A stretch of DNA of 61,697 bases, counting the filler, from Dimorphilus gyrociliatus (taxonomy: Eukaryota > Animalia > Annelida): NCBI GenBank assembly GCA_904063045.1. It is 4 parts of 4 records of this genome, joined end to end, with 100 filler letters (N's around TTAATTAATTAA, not from the genome) between each part and the next. Parts side by side here need not be neighbours in the genome. Positions count along the whole stretch, not along the records: positions 15,746 to 41,213 come from CAJFCJ010000160.1; 3 more parts are not named here. One strand, written 5' to 3'. The position numbers were made by a program, and so were the translations under genes. Below, piece after piece: positions 22,052-35,149 of this stretch; the first letter of the stretch is position 1; the number at the start of each line of letters is the position of its first letter. The notes under the pieces are model-generated. The model did no database searches. It was not told where the DNA came from and saw only the letters and a list, made by a program, of their open reading frames with translations.

Positions 22052-22825
22052 TTGCTGAAAGGGAATGATGGTATAGGTATATCGTATTATTTGGATCCTT
22101 TTTGTACTTGGTCCGGTTACGTAAATCCTAGTTGGTGGATGATTAATTTGAATAGTTCTTGCGAAATTTATGCTATATCTTTGATAAATAGAGTGAACAC
22201 TTTGGATCGTTTGGGTTATTTACAAATTCTTATAACAAATCTTAAAAATGTAATTCCTCCTTTGCTGCCGGAAATAGTTTGTGGTACAATAGATTATGGA
22301 ACGCCTTATATGACAAGAAGGTGCCTAAAATCTACAATTGGTAGATCAGTTACTCTATACAAAAATTTCACTACATCAATAAACGTACGAGATGGTCTGA
22401 CACTTTGTGAAATTGAAATATTTGCTTCATCAATTCAAGATACTATTCATGTTAGTTGGATTGTAAACAACTCAAATTCCATCATTCAACAATACAAAAC
22501 AGATTCCTGTAATCCTAAAATTAAAGATGTAATTAGAATAATTCAATATAGAACTCAACAAGTAACAATAGAATTAAGAGGTATGTCACTTTTAAAATCT
22601 TGTTCTAATGGAGCATTTAAATTCCTTTCATCTACTAATGAAAATGTTGAAGAATGTACAATGATAAATTCTTTTGATGGCTATTACACAGAGCTTGATA
22701 TGCGAGACTCGTGCAATTTTCAATGTAATTGTTTAAATGATTATTGTTTAGCAATTCATTTTCTAACAATTCAATCTAATTTACTTTCTCTGAATAGAGA
22801 TTTTTATGTAACTGTCAATGTTTAA
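22052..22825 (+). CDS. F-type lectin (fucolectin/FTP) domain exon plus a Cys-rich C-terminal domain; probably the last exon of a spliced gene
   Basis: NPSWWMINL...I.LINR...RL, GRSVTL and LTLCEIEIF match the FTP domain. The TTG start is an ORF-caller artefact; a splice acceptor is likely near 22060. Confidence 0.75.
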   Translation: MLKGNDGIGISYYLDPFCTWSGYVNPSWWMINLNSSCEIYAISLINRVNTLDRLGYLQILITNLKNVIPPLLPEIVCGTIDYGTPYMTRRCLKSTIGRSVTLYKNFTTSINVRDGLTLCEIEIFASSIQDTIHVSWIVNNSNSIIQQYKTDSCNPKIKDVIRIIQYRTQQVTIELRGMSLLKSCSNGAFKFLSSTNENVEECTMINSFDGYYTELDMRDSCNFQCNCLNDYCLAIHFLTIQSNLLSLNRDFYVTVNV

Positions 22826-23586
22826 ATTCCTTAACTCAAATTTTCAAATATTTCAATGTTGTAAAAAATGTTAAAAAAGGAAGAAGAAGAGAGACAAAAA
22901 AATTTTCTACTGTTGACGCTAAGTGTTCTATCAAGCTTAATATGATATTTGTAATATAAATTATATATATATATATAAATGAATAATTTATCTTATTCAT
23001 CAATAATTTCAATTGTCTTTCCAAATACAAATAAAGAATTTTGGAAGTATCAAGACATCACAATAATAAAATATAATTTATAATTAATGACATTTCTAAA
23101 AGATTTCTTATGATATATTGATTGGTTTTTTTTACCAGTTTATATCTAAAATTTAAAAAATTGTTTGTTTGAGTAGAACTAATACTGTTGTAATCTGCAA
23201 AAGAATAAATTGATCATACAGGAGCAGTACTGTAATTGTGTCAAAATAATTAATAATTAACTTTTTTTTTCTTTAGCATTAATTTTGCTATCCAATAATC
23301 TGACATAGTAATTGACACTTTGTAATCAAGATATTCAACTAATCAAATCTTTGTATTTTCGTTTTTTCAATAACAAAACATTTTATATTCTGAAAAATCC
23401 TAATAAAAACCTGTACTCTATATATAAAATAGTATGGAACATCGGGTGAGTACAGTGCTATTGTTAATCATCCATTTGACTTAGTATTGAGTTATATCGA
23501 TACATATAATCAATAATAATTGGATCTTATAAACTTTGAAATATTTTGGTAAAATATACAATGTATATGAAAATTATTTCGAGAAA

Positions 23587-26500
23587 TTATCTCTTTTTAA
23601 CAGCCTCATCTTCAAGTATTTTAAAAAATAGGCCTCTTTGATTTTTTAATTGTTCAATTGTTCCTATTTCTGCTATTCTTCCTTGATCCATAACAACTAT
23701 CCTATCACTCTCCATGATTGTATTTAACCTGTGAGCTATTTTTATCATTGTACAATCTTTAAAATGTACACTTAGGGTAGTTTGAATAAGATAATCAGTT
23801 TCAAAGTCTATATTTGCAGTTGCTTCATCAATCACAATCAAATATGATTGTTTTAATAGAGCTCTCACTAAACATATTAATTGTCTCTCTCCAATACTAA
23901 AATTCTTTCCGCCTTCCATTACACTTGAATTCAATTGGTGCTTTAAATTTCGAACTTTCCCTGATAATTGCACTTTGTGAAGATTCAGCCAAATTTCATC
24001 ATCTGTATACATGTTAAACGGATCTAAATTTGACCTGATTGTTCCAGTGAACAATGCTGGAACTTGAGGGATGACTGATATGGCTAATCTTCCTCTTTGG
24101 AGACTGCAATCTTTAAGAATATCAACGCCATCTAGTAGAATTTTTCCTTCAACATGGCCTATTTGTAAGAGGGTTGATATAAGGGAACTTTTGCCAGAAC
24201 CAGTTCGTCCAACAATTCCAATCTAAAGCATATTGTTTAAATATGCATATATATATATATAATGAAATTATAAGAAATTAAGAAACCTTCTCTCCTGATT
24301 GAATGCACAAATTGATAGAAGACAATGTGTAGGGTAAATCTTTAATATATTTCATAGAAACATTAATTAGTTCCAACTTTCCACTACAAGGCCAATTTTC
24401 ATTCCCCCCCTGTAGGCCTACATCTTCAGCATAATCCCTAATTTCTTCAGGTTTCAGATTACAGTACTCTTTAATTCGATCAACTGAAGTCATCTAAAAA
24501 GTTCAACTTTTTGATTATTAGAGATTCAGAAAAAAAATATACATACAATTCCATCAAGGAGTATAAAACATTTTAAACCCATTACTAATCCAACCATTAA
24601 ATTAATAATATAAAGAATGGCTAATGTATTAATGAATGCTGTTTTAGGTGTTGAAAAATAAACACAAGCAGCATTTGTTAATATTTGAGCCAAAAATAGC
24701 CAAAAAAAAAATATTCTAGCGGAAAACACATTGTACGCATTCAAAATATAGAAATAATGTAATTTTTTGTTGCAAGCTTCATAAAATTTATCCATTAATT
24801 GATTTTCTTTTTGAAAGCATCTTATTGTTACAAGACCAGTTAGAGTTGTGACCAACATTTCATAAATTGGGCTAGCAGCTATACTATCCAATCTCTTTAA
24901 TTTGCTAGAATAGCAGGTCATTTTGGTAACTGTGTAATACATTGCTATACATAGCATAATTATTGGAATTATTAATATATTGACATTGTAGGCCTCAAGG
25001 GCAAATGAGAAACTCATTCCACCAAAAAATGTAAATACTGTATCCAAGTCAGTATATAAATATAAATCTACTAAAGCCATATCTCTTGAAAATCTATTCA
25101 TTATCCTTCCTTTTGAATTGATGTTGAAAAAACTCATACCAGCTGACATTACTTTTGAGAATAGTTCGCTGTGAAGATTTATTGAGCATAGGCTGATATT
25201 TACGTAAAAGAGCAATTGTCTTGCAAAATCTAGTATAAATATGAAGAATAGGATGATTAAAACTTGACAAAAACTGACTGTTGACCAAGGACTATCTGCA
25301 AAAATATTAATTCGAATATCCAAGTAAATTTTCATACTAAACATTAAACCAAATAGAAATAGTGAAAAGGCAAGTAGTGTGCAGCTACCAGTTTGAAAGT
25401 AGGCTATATAGGTTCCCCAGTTGGATAATCCATCTTTGGTATTCTCTGCCTGAAAATAGGTCACTTCCTTTTTCAGTTTTAATTTTGTTTCCTGTCTCTC
25501 ATTGGAATTTTGCGAGCAAACTTGAAATTTTTTAACTTCTTTCAATGTATCATTTTCAAGACAAAACATTCTATTAGCCTGCCTAAGAAAATTAATTTGG
25601 TGTGATACAAGTACAACAGTTTTCTCTTTTAGATAATCTAGTATGCAATTATCCATAATCTGTTTTGCAATTGTACTATCTAATGAACTGAGTGGGTCAT
25701 CTAAAATATAAATGTCTGCGTCCCTATAAATAGCTCTAGCTAGAGATATTCTAGCCTTTTGACCACCGCTAAGCATAAAACCATTTTCTCCAACAATTGT
25801 TTTATCACAGTTTGGTAAATTTTCCAAATCCTTTTGAACAAATAAAAAAAATGATAAAAAAATATTCACAGACAGCCATATTGTTTGTTTTTCTCTGTTA
25901 CCTTTTCAAGTGAACACACTTGTAAAATTTTTCTATATTTAACCAAGTTGAAGTCATCATCAAAAATTATATTATCCATAATTGAACCTGTAAAAATCCA
26001 AGGATCTTGAGGCATATATGATTTTTTCATTGCCATATATATAAATCCATTCTTTGGCCTTAACTCTTCAAGCATATTCAATAGTAATGTAGTTTTTCCT
26101 GAACCAACTTTCCCATATATTCCAATTAGAGATGCTGATTCCACAGACAAATTGACATTTTTGAAAATGAACTTTGAAGGTGTAGCCTAAAATAATTTAA
26201 TATAATATTTATATGAAAAAATTTACAGATATTCTGTTTACCTTCCAACTGTAATCAACATTTTGCAGTTTACATATTCCCAAGGTTTTATTATCTTTAT
26301 TACTACTCAGAGTGACAATTTCATTTCTTTCACATTTTGTCCTATTCTTTGAGCATAATAATTTCTAAAAAAAAAAATTGTAATCCAACTGAAACTTTTA
26401 ACATTTATATGGCCTTGACCTTGATCGTTATACTAACCTCAACTCTCTGCAAACACATTAAATATTCTTTAAAATTAAATATTAATTCTGGGAAGAGATA

Positions 26501-27830
26501 GAAAGTATCAGTTTCCAATAGGAGAATCAAAGCCATACATCTCAAAATTGAAGATGGATTGAGTGTTTCCGGTCTTGTTAATTTGGCTACAAAAATTGTA
26601 GTGATGATAACAATTTTAACGCCAATTGTACTAAACATTCTGAATGATATTGTAAACATAAATGATTTGAAAAGTTTTGATAACTCTCTCTTTCTCAAAA
26701 CATCAATTTTTTTAGAGAAAAATTCTTCCCAAACTAACATTTTAATAGTTTCAATTCCAGATAAAATTTCATTCATAAATTGTATTCTTTTGTCATTTCT
26801 AATTGAAATTTGTGATCTGAGTAAACCTTGCTTATATGCCATATATGATTGAAATGAGGCAATGAAAACAATTGTTGTAAAACAAGTAAATCCTGATAGA
26901 AAACCATGAAGAATTCCAATAACAATTGATGTTACTATTGCAGCCATAATTGTTCCAAAAGCTAAGGCAAAATATACAAAAGTATATGGCATTTTCTCTA
27001 AATCCATTGAGAAAATTGACATTATTCTTCCCGGTTTTAAATTCTGTAAATCTTCAAGATCAATCTTTAAAATTTTTTCAAAGATGCAACATCCAAAAGT
27101 ATCTTTTAAAACGGCGCCAGATTGAAGTAGTATAAGCCCAATATATTTTAGTAAAACACTTTCACAGAGAGAACAGAGAGCTAAGTTGGTGGCGTTGATA
27201 TTTTAAAATTTTTGAACAATGTTGAGTACTAATAATATAATTTTTTTATATGTAAAATATACCTATAATAACAATTATAACATAACTTTTTGCAGAAACC
27301 TTTGTCAAAAGTTCATTTAGAAGATTGTAAATTAAAAATGGAATCATTAATCTTGTGCAGAGCTTTAAAGAAAATTAATTTTTAAGTTTTTGAAAAAAAG
27401 ACAGAAATTATCTGATACAAACAACCACCAAACGCATTAATACTAGGAAAGGAAGCATTCCCTTTAGTCGATATATCGTTATCTTGAATAGGGAGATATT
27501 TCGTCCTAGTTTTAAATCTTTAAACATTTCACTAAATAAATATAAAAATGTTTTATAACCTCTTTTTATACTTTCTACTAAAGAACTTACAATTTGATTT
27601 TAGCATGCAATTTTCTTGTATCAAGACTCTGTAATTTTTCATATTTATCTAATCTTTCAATCCAATTTTTACCTTTTATCATAAAGTAAACCCATCTATT
27701 TAAAAAAAAAATTATCGTTCCTTTCTTTTGTAATTCAAATTTTAAAAAACAAAGAGAATATCAGTTGTTTTTACCCAATGAACAATCTTGAAAATAGCGT
27801 TGATTCGCTTTCCGGATGTTTGAGAGTCAT
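23587..27830 (-). CDS. ABCC (MRP4-like, no TMD0) transporter, 10 exons, about 1200 aa, apparently intact
   Basis: I walked the exons from the ATG at 27830 (MTLKHPESESTLFSRLFIGWVY) through TMD1, NBD1 (GKVGSGKT, LSGGQKARISLARA, YILDDPLS), TMD2 and NBD2 (GRTGSGKS, FSIGERQL, IVIDEATAN). All nine GT-AG introns keep the frame. Confidence 0.9.
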
Positions 27831-27991
27831 TCTATCCTAAACTACTATGTTCTGTCCATTAAATTTATGGCAACCCTATATATTTTCTGTAATAAAATAT
27901 ATTGAACAGCCAATTATTCAGAAAAGTATAATTTAGTTAGGCTTACAACCATTAAGGTACTTACAGTACCTGTAGTATATGAATATTCAGT

Positions 27992-28067
27992 AGTTTTAAA
28001 ACCGGACCTACCAAACTTGCTATTATAGTAGCAATCAAACAAGTTTGGTAGGTCCGGTTTTAAAACT
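27992..28067. repeat. Perfect 28-bp inverted repeat with a 20-nt loop
   Basis: AGTTTTAAAACCGGACCTACCAAACTTG (27992-28019) and its exact reverse complement (28040-28067). Confidence 0.95.
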
Positions 28068-29825
28068 TAAAAGCTTGAATTATATTGAAATCCTCTATCT
28101 GGGGCAAAAAACAAGTTTCTACATACTAGTAGACATTTTTGCTTTGCCCATTCAATTCTAACAGTGCTATATAAATCATTGTTCAAAAATGAGTCATATC
28201 AGAAAATAGTATCAGGATTTGACAGCCCACATATAAAAAAAAATCTGAACGCTATACGCTTTCAAATTCAAAAGTATTGCTACACTTTGAAGAAACATGA
28301 ATTAGGCCTAGATAAGTTAAGCTGATACGCTCAACCAATAGTAACACCCCCTGTTATTTCAAGCTTGTTCTATAAATTAGCATCGCAAGTATAAAATGAG
28401 TACATGTATTCATGTATTATAATTAGTGTATTGTGTATGGCTATTGATGTAATTTTTATCTTCTTGGCTAACGTTACCATGCGAACAGATTGTAGTTGAT
28501 GTTTTATAGGTATATCTGACAACTGAAATCATTTGGCCTATATTGGATGTATAGCTAATATTAGCTTATTCTATTTTTACTACATGCTTTTTTAATGACA
28601 AATGACAAATGAAACTCATCATATATTGCAAATCTTTTGGTTTCAATTATCAAACGATAATTTCAATGGATAGATATAATAACCAGATTATTGGAAATAT
28701 TTGTCTAATTTAGTTTTATCAGTTTTATTGTTTTTATTAAAATTTCTTACTCTTTACTATCAAATATGTTATTTCAAGTCATTTATCAATCTAACTAAAT
28801 TGCTAGTACAAATAGAGTCGATTCAACAGGGGCTCCATCTGTCATAGTCTATTGTTCTACTTGAAATGAAAATTTTCACAATTTTTCAATATTCTTCTTT
28901 TTTGTCACAACTTTTAAGTGCGTAGATATCTAAGACTATTAAATCTTTGCTACCACAATTCATTTGACAATGCCACAGCGATTCTGCTACCTTCCTTGGT
29001 CAATATTGAATAGTTTTGAGAAAATGTCAACAGAAAGAAGGATATTTTGCACGTATTGAAATTAAGAGTGTACTATTTGAGTAATGCCTGTCCCAATACA
29101 GAACGTTATATGCGACAGTGTTGTCATTTTCAGAGACAGGGTTATTTAAAAGAATTGCCAATACCTCGGCAATTGATCAATTTCCATGGTTGAATAATTT
29201 GAATCCTGTTCTTGCCCTTTTTAAATTTTTTCTCTGCAGCAAAACCTGATTAACTTGGTGAACACTTCCTTTACAAAAAATTGATTTTCATATCTCCTCC
29301 TAACTTTTCTAAAAATACTGTTATTGCTTCACAAATTCGGAGAAGTTCTGTATAGCCAAACTACAACACTAAACCAGCCTTTGTGTCCGCCTAATCTTTT
29401 CCATTTTCCCTAACCCTTAGATGACACACACCTAAGTATAAAACAAGTCTCACCCATCCTTGTCACTTAGTCACTCCAAAATTTAGTTCTGAACATTCTT
29501 AAAATTGAAAATACACAGCCAAAGAAATTGAAAAGAACTATTATTGTTGTAAATTTAAGGAATGTTATTGTATGGGTAATATTTTTAATATAAGTTTTTT
29601 TTCTTTAGGATTTTGTACAATTTAGCTGTTTTGAGAGCATTAAAAAAGAAGATGTTAATCATTGCAAAAGAAGCTGAAGATCAGTAAATTGAGAAAGACA
29701 AAAAAGAAAAGAAAATTCTGTATTGAATAGTGGCATTAATAAAAATCAATTCTATTGATTAGTTGTTACACATCACTGATACAAAAGATACAGGATTGAG
29801 ACATTGTTCTATATTATATAAACTG

Positions 29826-30703
29826 CTAAAAATCGCTAAGAGATGCTGATACTCTATATTTAAATAATTTCATTACTGATACCTTAATAGCAGTATTGCC
29901 ATATATAGTTAAAATAGGATTAACTATTGCTTGAAGAAATATTAAAAAATCATGGATTTTATTTAATTTAAATGTTAAAAAATCCGGATTTTCCATAACT
30001 AAAAATGTTAAAATTGAAAAACAAATCCAGAAAAATATAATTAAACTTAATTGAATTAATGTAATTTTTGATGATGTTGAAATTGTCTTTAATCTTTTTG
30101 TTTGTTTTTCAAAATCTTTTGCATGTTTTTCAGCAATTCTTATTAATTTTATATGTAAAATTAATGCTCCAGCTAGTGTTGGAAGAAAAAATGCCAAATA
30201 GACAAAATAATAGATTTTATGATCACTGACATATCCTTGACATAATCTACGATTTAAATTCAAATTTAAAAGTGATAGGTAAACCGGAAATAGACAAACG
30301 ATAATTGAAAATATAATAATTGAAATGATTATTATAATTGATTTTTTAAGTGTTAAATATTTGGATGGTAGAAGGGAAATTTGATCAAAATGTATCTATA
30401 AACAAATGAAAAAAGTAGATAGTATTGTGACTGGTTGTAAATCATTATATGAAAAAAGCGTATACAAATACAAAATGGCGGATATAGATCATTAATTTTT
30501 GTTGATTTCTTTATAAAATATTTGGAAAAATTCCATATTATTGTCAAAAGATCACATATTGTTACTGTTGGTAGAAATATGACAGTATTTTTTCGAATAT
30601 CTTCGTATTTTCCATAAATAAATAATACTAGGCCATTGAAAAAAACACCAAAGAATAGAAAGATGAAATAAAATATGAGTAGTTCTATCATAACTTTCCT
30701 CAC
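29826..30703 (-). pseudogene. Single-exon rhodopsin-type (class A) GPCR with one frameshift
   Basis: The TM1-3 ORF (FFNGLVL, TICDLL, YRY..IKFPF) and the TM5-7 ORF (AIVNPILTIY) are bridged by SKYLTLKKSIIIIISIII in another frame. A 1-nt deletion lies near 30365. Confidence 0.75.
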
Positions 30704-31669
30704 TCTGTTTTCAAGTAAAAAATATAGAGTAAATGCTAAAAACAGACAAAATTCCTGTTTTATACTACAAAAAATAGTTAATTAGAATAGTCAATTGTCC
30801 TATAAAAGAATACTTTCAATCGATTTTGGATATTAAGAAGCTCTATCTCTTTAAATCTAGCTCTGAGCAGTCTTGATAGTTTAACTATCAATCTAGTTTT
30901 AGAACCAAAACACAACACACTTCCCTTACTGACGTTAAATGTCAAATAAAACATTTCAAGAAAATAAATGGTTAACTCCCATTAATTCTTCATCCAGTAC
31001 TCAGTCCTTTCTCAATTGTTTATAGCTGAATTGGATACATTGGACAAAAGAATACTTATAATGTCCATTGCAATACATTCATTCTAAAGGAATTCTATAG
31101 GAAATAAGAGCCACAGCATTATCTAATTGCTTCCATCTGACAAAAAAATATTGTCATAGCAAAATTTCTTGTTTTTCTTTTCTTTCAAGAACAAAAGGAG
31201 CAAATAAAGATTAAGAACATTTTCAATTGTAACAGCTACTTACCGTTGTGTTTATTTACAAAACATTCAAATCTGTAACCTGTTCTTGTATTTTGTATAG
31301 GCCTTGTGGGAAGAACATTTTCTTCTACATATATTAGTAACACTATGACAATATCTGTTGAGATAGGATATAGCAGTTTGTGTTTAATCTACTGTACTGC
31401 TCTTACTTGGTAAATTTATGCGTTTGCAAGTTTGCAACAGTACTGGTTCTACTCGAACCTTTAAACAAAGTGTTTAATTTAACTAGTTTATTTGAAATAA
31501 AATACTTAAGCTTGTTACAATATAAAAGTTGAATAGCAGAGCTGATAGTTTGTGATAGCAGGTTTCCAAATTACCAAACCAGCGTCTAATGTTGAAGGGG
31601 TAGAAGGCTTGTCCCAGTAGGGTTATTTCGATTTGATCTTTCCAGTTCAAGGTAAGATGAATGGAATAA

Positions 31670-33280
31670 AACAGTGAGGATTTATATACTTGTAGGTTTA
31701 TCTCCAATATTCAATCACAACTTTGCAGTTGATGGTCTAGTTTATATTTAACCTTACGAACAATATGTTACAAAGAAAAAAGAAAACTAATTAATCATAG
31801 TTTGGCCAAACTTTAGATAACTATCAATCATAACTGGGCAAACCTTAGACAAGTTCATCAATCACAACTTTGCCATACCTTAAGTAGCACTTAAAGATGA
31901 ACGTTAAGTATGACCAGGCAAGGTTTGAGTTTGGCCAAATGTAATCGTATTTCTGGGTATAGGTTTTTTGAATAAGTTGTAAATTGTAGCATAGTATAAG
32001 CAAAAAATGTAATGAAAGTTATACACGACAATGTCAAAATCAAACAAATTTGGAGAGGAAAAACATAGCAGAAGGAGAAAATGGAAATATCTTTGGTGCA
32101 GTTACAGATTTTAGTACGTCAACTCCAGAAACAATTACAATCCAATCTATATGAGTTACTGAAACGCAACAAAGGTTACTTCATGACTATGAGGGATAGG
32201 TGAATGAAATGAAAAGAAATAACATTACAATTCCCATAGTTTCCCAAATCGAACAACTCATCCTTATAACAGAGGGAGCTGAAAAGACAAAATTTGAAGT
32301 ATATAAGAATAAGACAAATAGTTGATCTGACACCCAAGGATTGCAAAAGAATAAAAGGGTACTGTCTTTAAACAATCAGTGATAGCCTAGACTGATTTAA
32401 TGTAATTTTTACCAATGAGGCTAGATTATCCCTGAGTGAGCCAGATGACTTCAGGATATGGACAAATGATAGCGAAAAAGATTTTAGGGTAATGAGAAAT
32501 ATGAGCAGAGGCAGAGTAATTGTTTGGGGACTAATAACCTCAGACAGGGTGTTTGAAGTTTGGAGGAAAAGTAAAAAACTTAATGCTTAAAAGTATAGTT
32601 GTTTTGTCGTGGAAAATGTTCTTTATGTTATTGATGAAATATCTGTTAAAATGCGCCAGCAGTAAATTTTCCAGCAAGTTGTCACTCAACAAGAATTACT
32701 AGGAGGGCTTTTAGGCTGAATGTCGTCAAATTTATTTAATTTTAAATATTTTACTCCAATAAGCCTAAATACGTTAAAGATAGGTGAAAACGACATAATA
32801 TTGTAGAAGATATGAATGTCAAAAAATACTCTGTACATTTTATTGGCAGCTCTTGCAAAAACGACTCTTGTACAGCATTGGGAAAATGTTATATTGGAAA
32901 GTATAGAAGATATTTGTCAAAATATGTTTGGATTATCATTAAGAAGCTTGGGTAGTGTACAACTTTCCTTAAATTTTATGCTTTAATTATATTACTCAAT
33001 GCAACTTATACCTGTACCTCTTAAAACCTATGAAAGGTAATGCAATAAGACTTGGCCAAACATAGATCTTATTCAGTCATCCTTAGGTTCCTCAAAATAT
33101 CATCCTTAATTACCAGTTAAGGTTTGCTCAAGTTATAATTCATACAAGCTTTTACCAACGTTGAACCTTGTAACATCCTGTTACTAAACATAAATGTGAA
33201 TTAGACAGTTCGGCAACTGTAAAGTGATGATTTGATGTCAGAGACAAACCTCAAAGTATATAAATCCTCACTTTCTCATT
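31670..33280 (+). mobile_element. Ancient decayed Tc1-like element with diverged long inverted flanks
   Basis: Relic peptides LTPKDCKRIK...LD*FNVIFTNEARLSLSEPDDFRIW...VIVWGLI (about 32330-32540), IFQQ (about 32670) and LVQHWENVILESIEDICQNM (about 32870-32930). 31676-31740 is an inverted homolog of 33204-33275, and about 31925-31975 of about 33020-33065. Confidence 0.65.
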
Positions 33281-33293
33281 CCAATAAACAATT

Positions 33294-33794
33294 TCACATA
33301 ATCTGAATGGCTTTATGCGATTTAACAGAGAAATTTCCATTAAACTCTACCCAAACATTACAGGGTGTAGAAAAACATTCAGCATTTATAATTGACTCTT
33401 GTTTACATCTAATGTCACTAAAACATTTGCAAACTCCATCTTCAAAGTTATTTCCTATCCTTAAAATATTATCCCAGAAAACATAGCCATTTGCATGGAT
33501 GAATGAGCTATATGTTTGAATATTATTTATACCTTGGGTGCATGTTGAAACAGTTTTTAAAAATTGATTAACCCTTTTTTCAGAAATTTTTTCATATACA
33601 ATATCTTTTACATAAGATAGCTTATGTTTATATCTATTATCAGTTAGAAAAATCAGCTTTTCAGCATTGTGAACAGGATAAGCTTTTCCCAGTGAATTGT
33701 TGTACTTTTCACAAAATATATTAGCAATTTCTTCTTCAAAAACTGCTTGTATTTTAAAAATTGCAGAATTTTGTTTTGTTTTAAATAAAGCTTC
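33294..33794 (-). other. 166-codon stop-free frame lacking an early start codon; probable exon of an unannotated gene
   Basis: Checked codon by codon from the TAA at 33797-33795 to the TGA at 33296-33294; includes FIHANGYVFWDNILRIGNNFEDGVCKCF. Confidence 0.4.
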
Positions 33795-34572
33795 TTAGCA
33801 GGATGTGTAAACACCATCTGCAGACAAGGTAGTGTAAGCAGATAAAAGTAGATGATTCATTTTGAAAGGTGTGGACCTTGAAATACAAAATGTAATTACC
33901 TCTTGGTCTTTCACATTTCTAAATTTATTTTCAAGAGACTGAAAAGGAGTAAAGACTTTGTATTTTATTGTTTATTACAACTAAGAAGAAAGAAACTCTG
34001 GAATAGTTAATGATATTAACATGACCTGCAACCCCTTTCTTTTATTTTCTAGCAAAATTATGGAATATAGAAAAGATATTTGGCCTACTTTAAGCGCAAA
34101 ACCTCTAAGTGCGATTGTCCTGACCCTATAATCATTGGAGAGGTGCTATCGAAAAGTTAGGGGTCAGACGTAGTTTTATCATGTGTAATTTTAACTCCTG
34201 TGAACTGCTACGAAATGATCTATCCAAAAAGGCATTAATAAATTCTAAGATAAGGTTGGTCAACATATTCAATGATATTTAATACACAGTATGATAACGA
34301 AGAACTAGTTTGTCAACAAATGGTGATTTGCTTAAATAACACAAAGTTTGGAAAACACTTATAATTGACATTAAATTGAGAAAGAGCAAGAATTTCTAAC
34401 TATGAAATGTTTCTACTATTTCATGCTATCCAACAAAGTAAAATTATCTGACACTGAAATCGACTTGGAATTTAGTTGAAAATACTAACAGTTTTATGAT
34501 TCTACTCAAACCTTAACCCTAAAATTATAAAGACATTTAAAACATAAAATGCTGTATTTTGCAATTTCACTT

Positions 34573-35120
34573 TCAATGATCTATTGTTAGTTTATCACAA
34601 ATATTTAATAGCTCTCTGACAAGAATACCATAAGAAAATATGTCATCCTTATCATTCCATGAATTTTTAATATAGATATTTGTGATGTTCAAATTATACT
34701 TTCTTGATGAACCCTGTCATTTAAAAACAAATTTAACTCTTTATTTAAAGAAAACCTTGAAGTAGTTACTTCGTAAAACAGAGAGTTTAATGAGAATTCT
34801 CCATTAAGTGAAATGTTTTTTGAATGACAAGTTACAAAAACATTTATTACATCTTGAAAAAGTCTTAAACTTTCCCTTGCGCTTCTCAGTTGAGAAGATG
34901 TCAATTTTTTATAATTCAACAATGGATTTATGAAGCATAAATTACATTTTTCAAATGTTTTGAAAAATATGAAAACTATTTCAAAAAAACAGTTTTTATG
35001 ATTTGAATATTCAAATTTAGAGTAAAAACAAACTGTCTGTAAAAATATTCCTGTTAAGAAAAAAATCACTAACAATATCAAAATCAAAAAACTAACATTT
35101 CTTTTTAATATATAAAACAA
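34573..35120 (-). pseudogene. Type II membrane-anchored protein of unknown family, two exons, no valid ATG
   Basis: N-terminal TM segment LILILLVIFFLTGIFL. A phase-0 intron (GTAACT..GACAG) joins KNISLNGEFSLNSLFYE to GSSRKYNLNITNIYIK...DIFSYGILVRELL. Confidence 0.45.
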
Positions 35121-35149
35121 AAATTCACATTAATTCATCTTCTTTCTTC

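Noticed and set aside
28990-29400. Weak ISXO2-like words (EKLGG...KKFKKGK...QPW) on the minus strand
   Set aside because: The catalytic DES is absent and the spacing is unconvincing.
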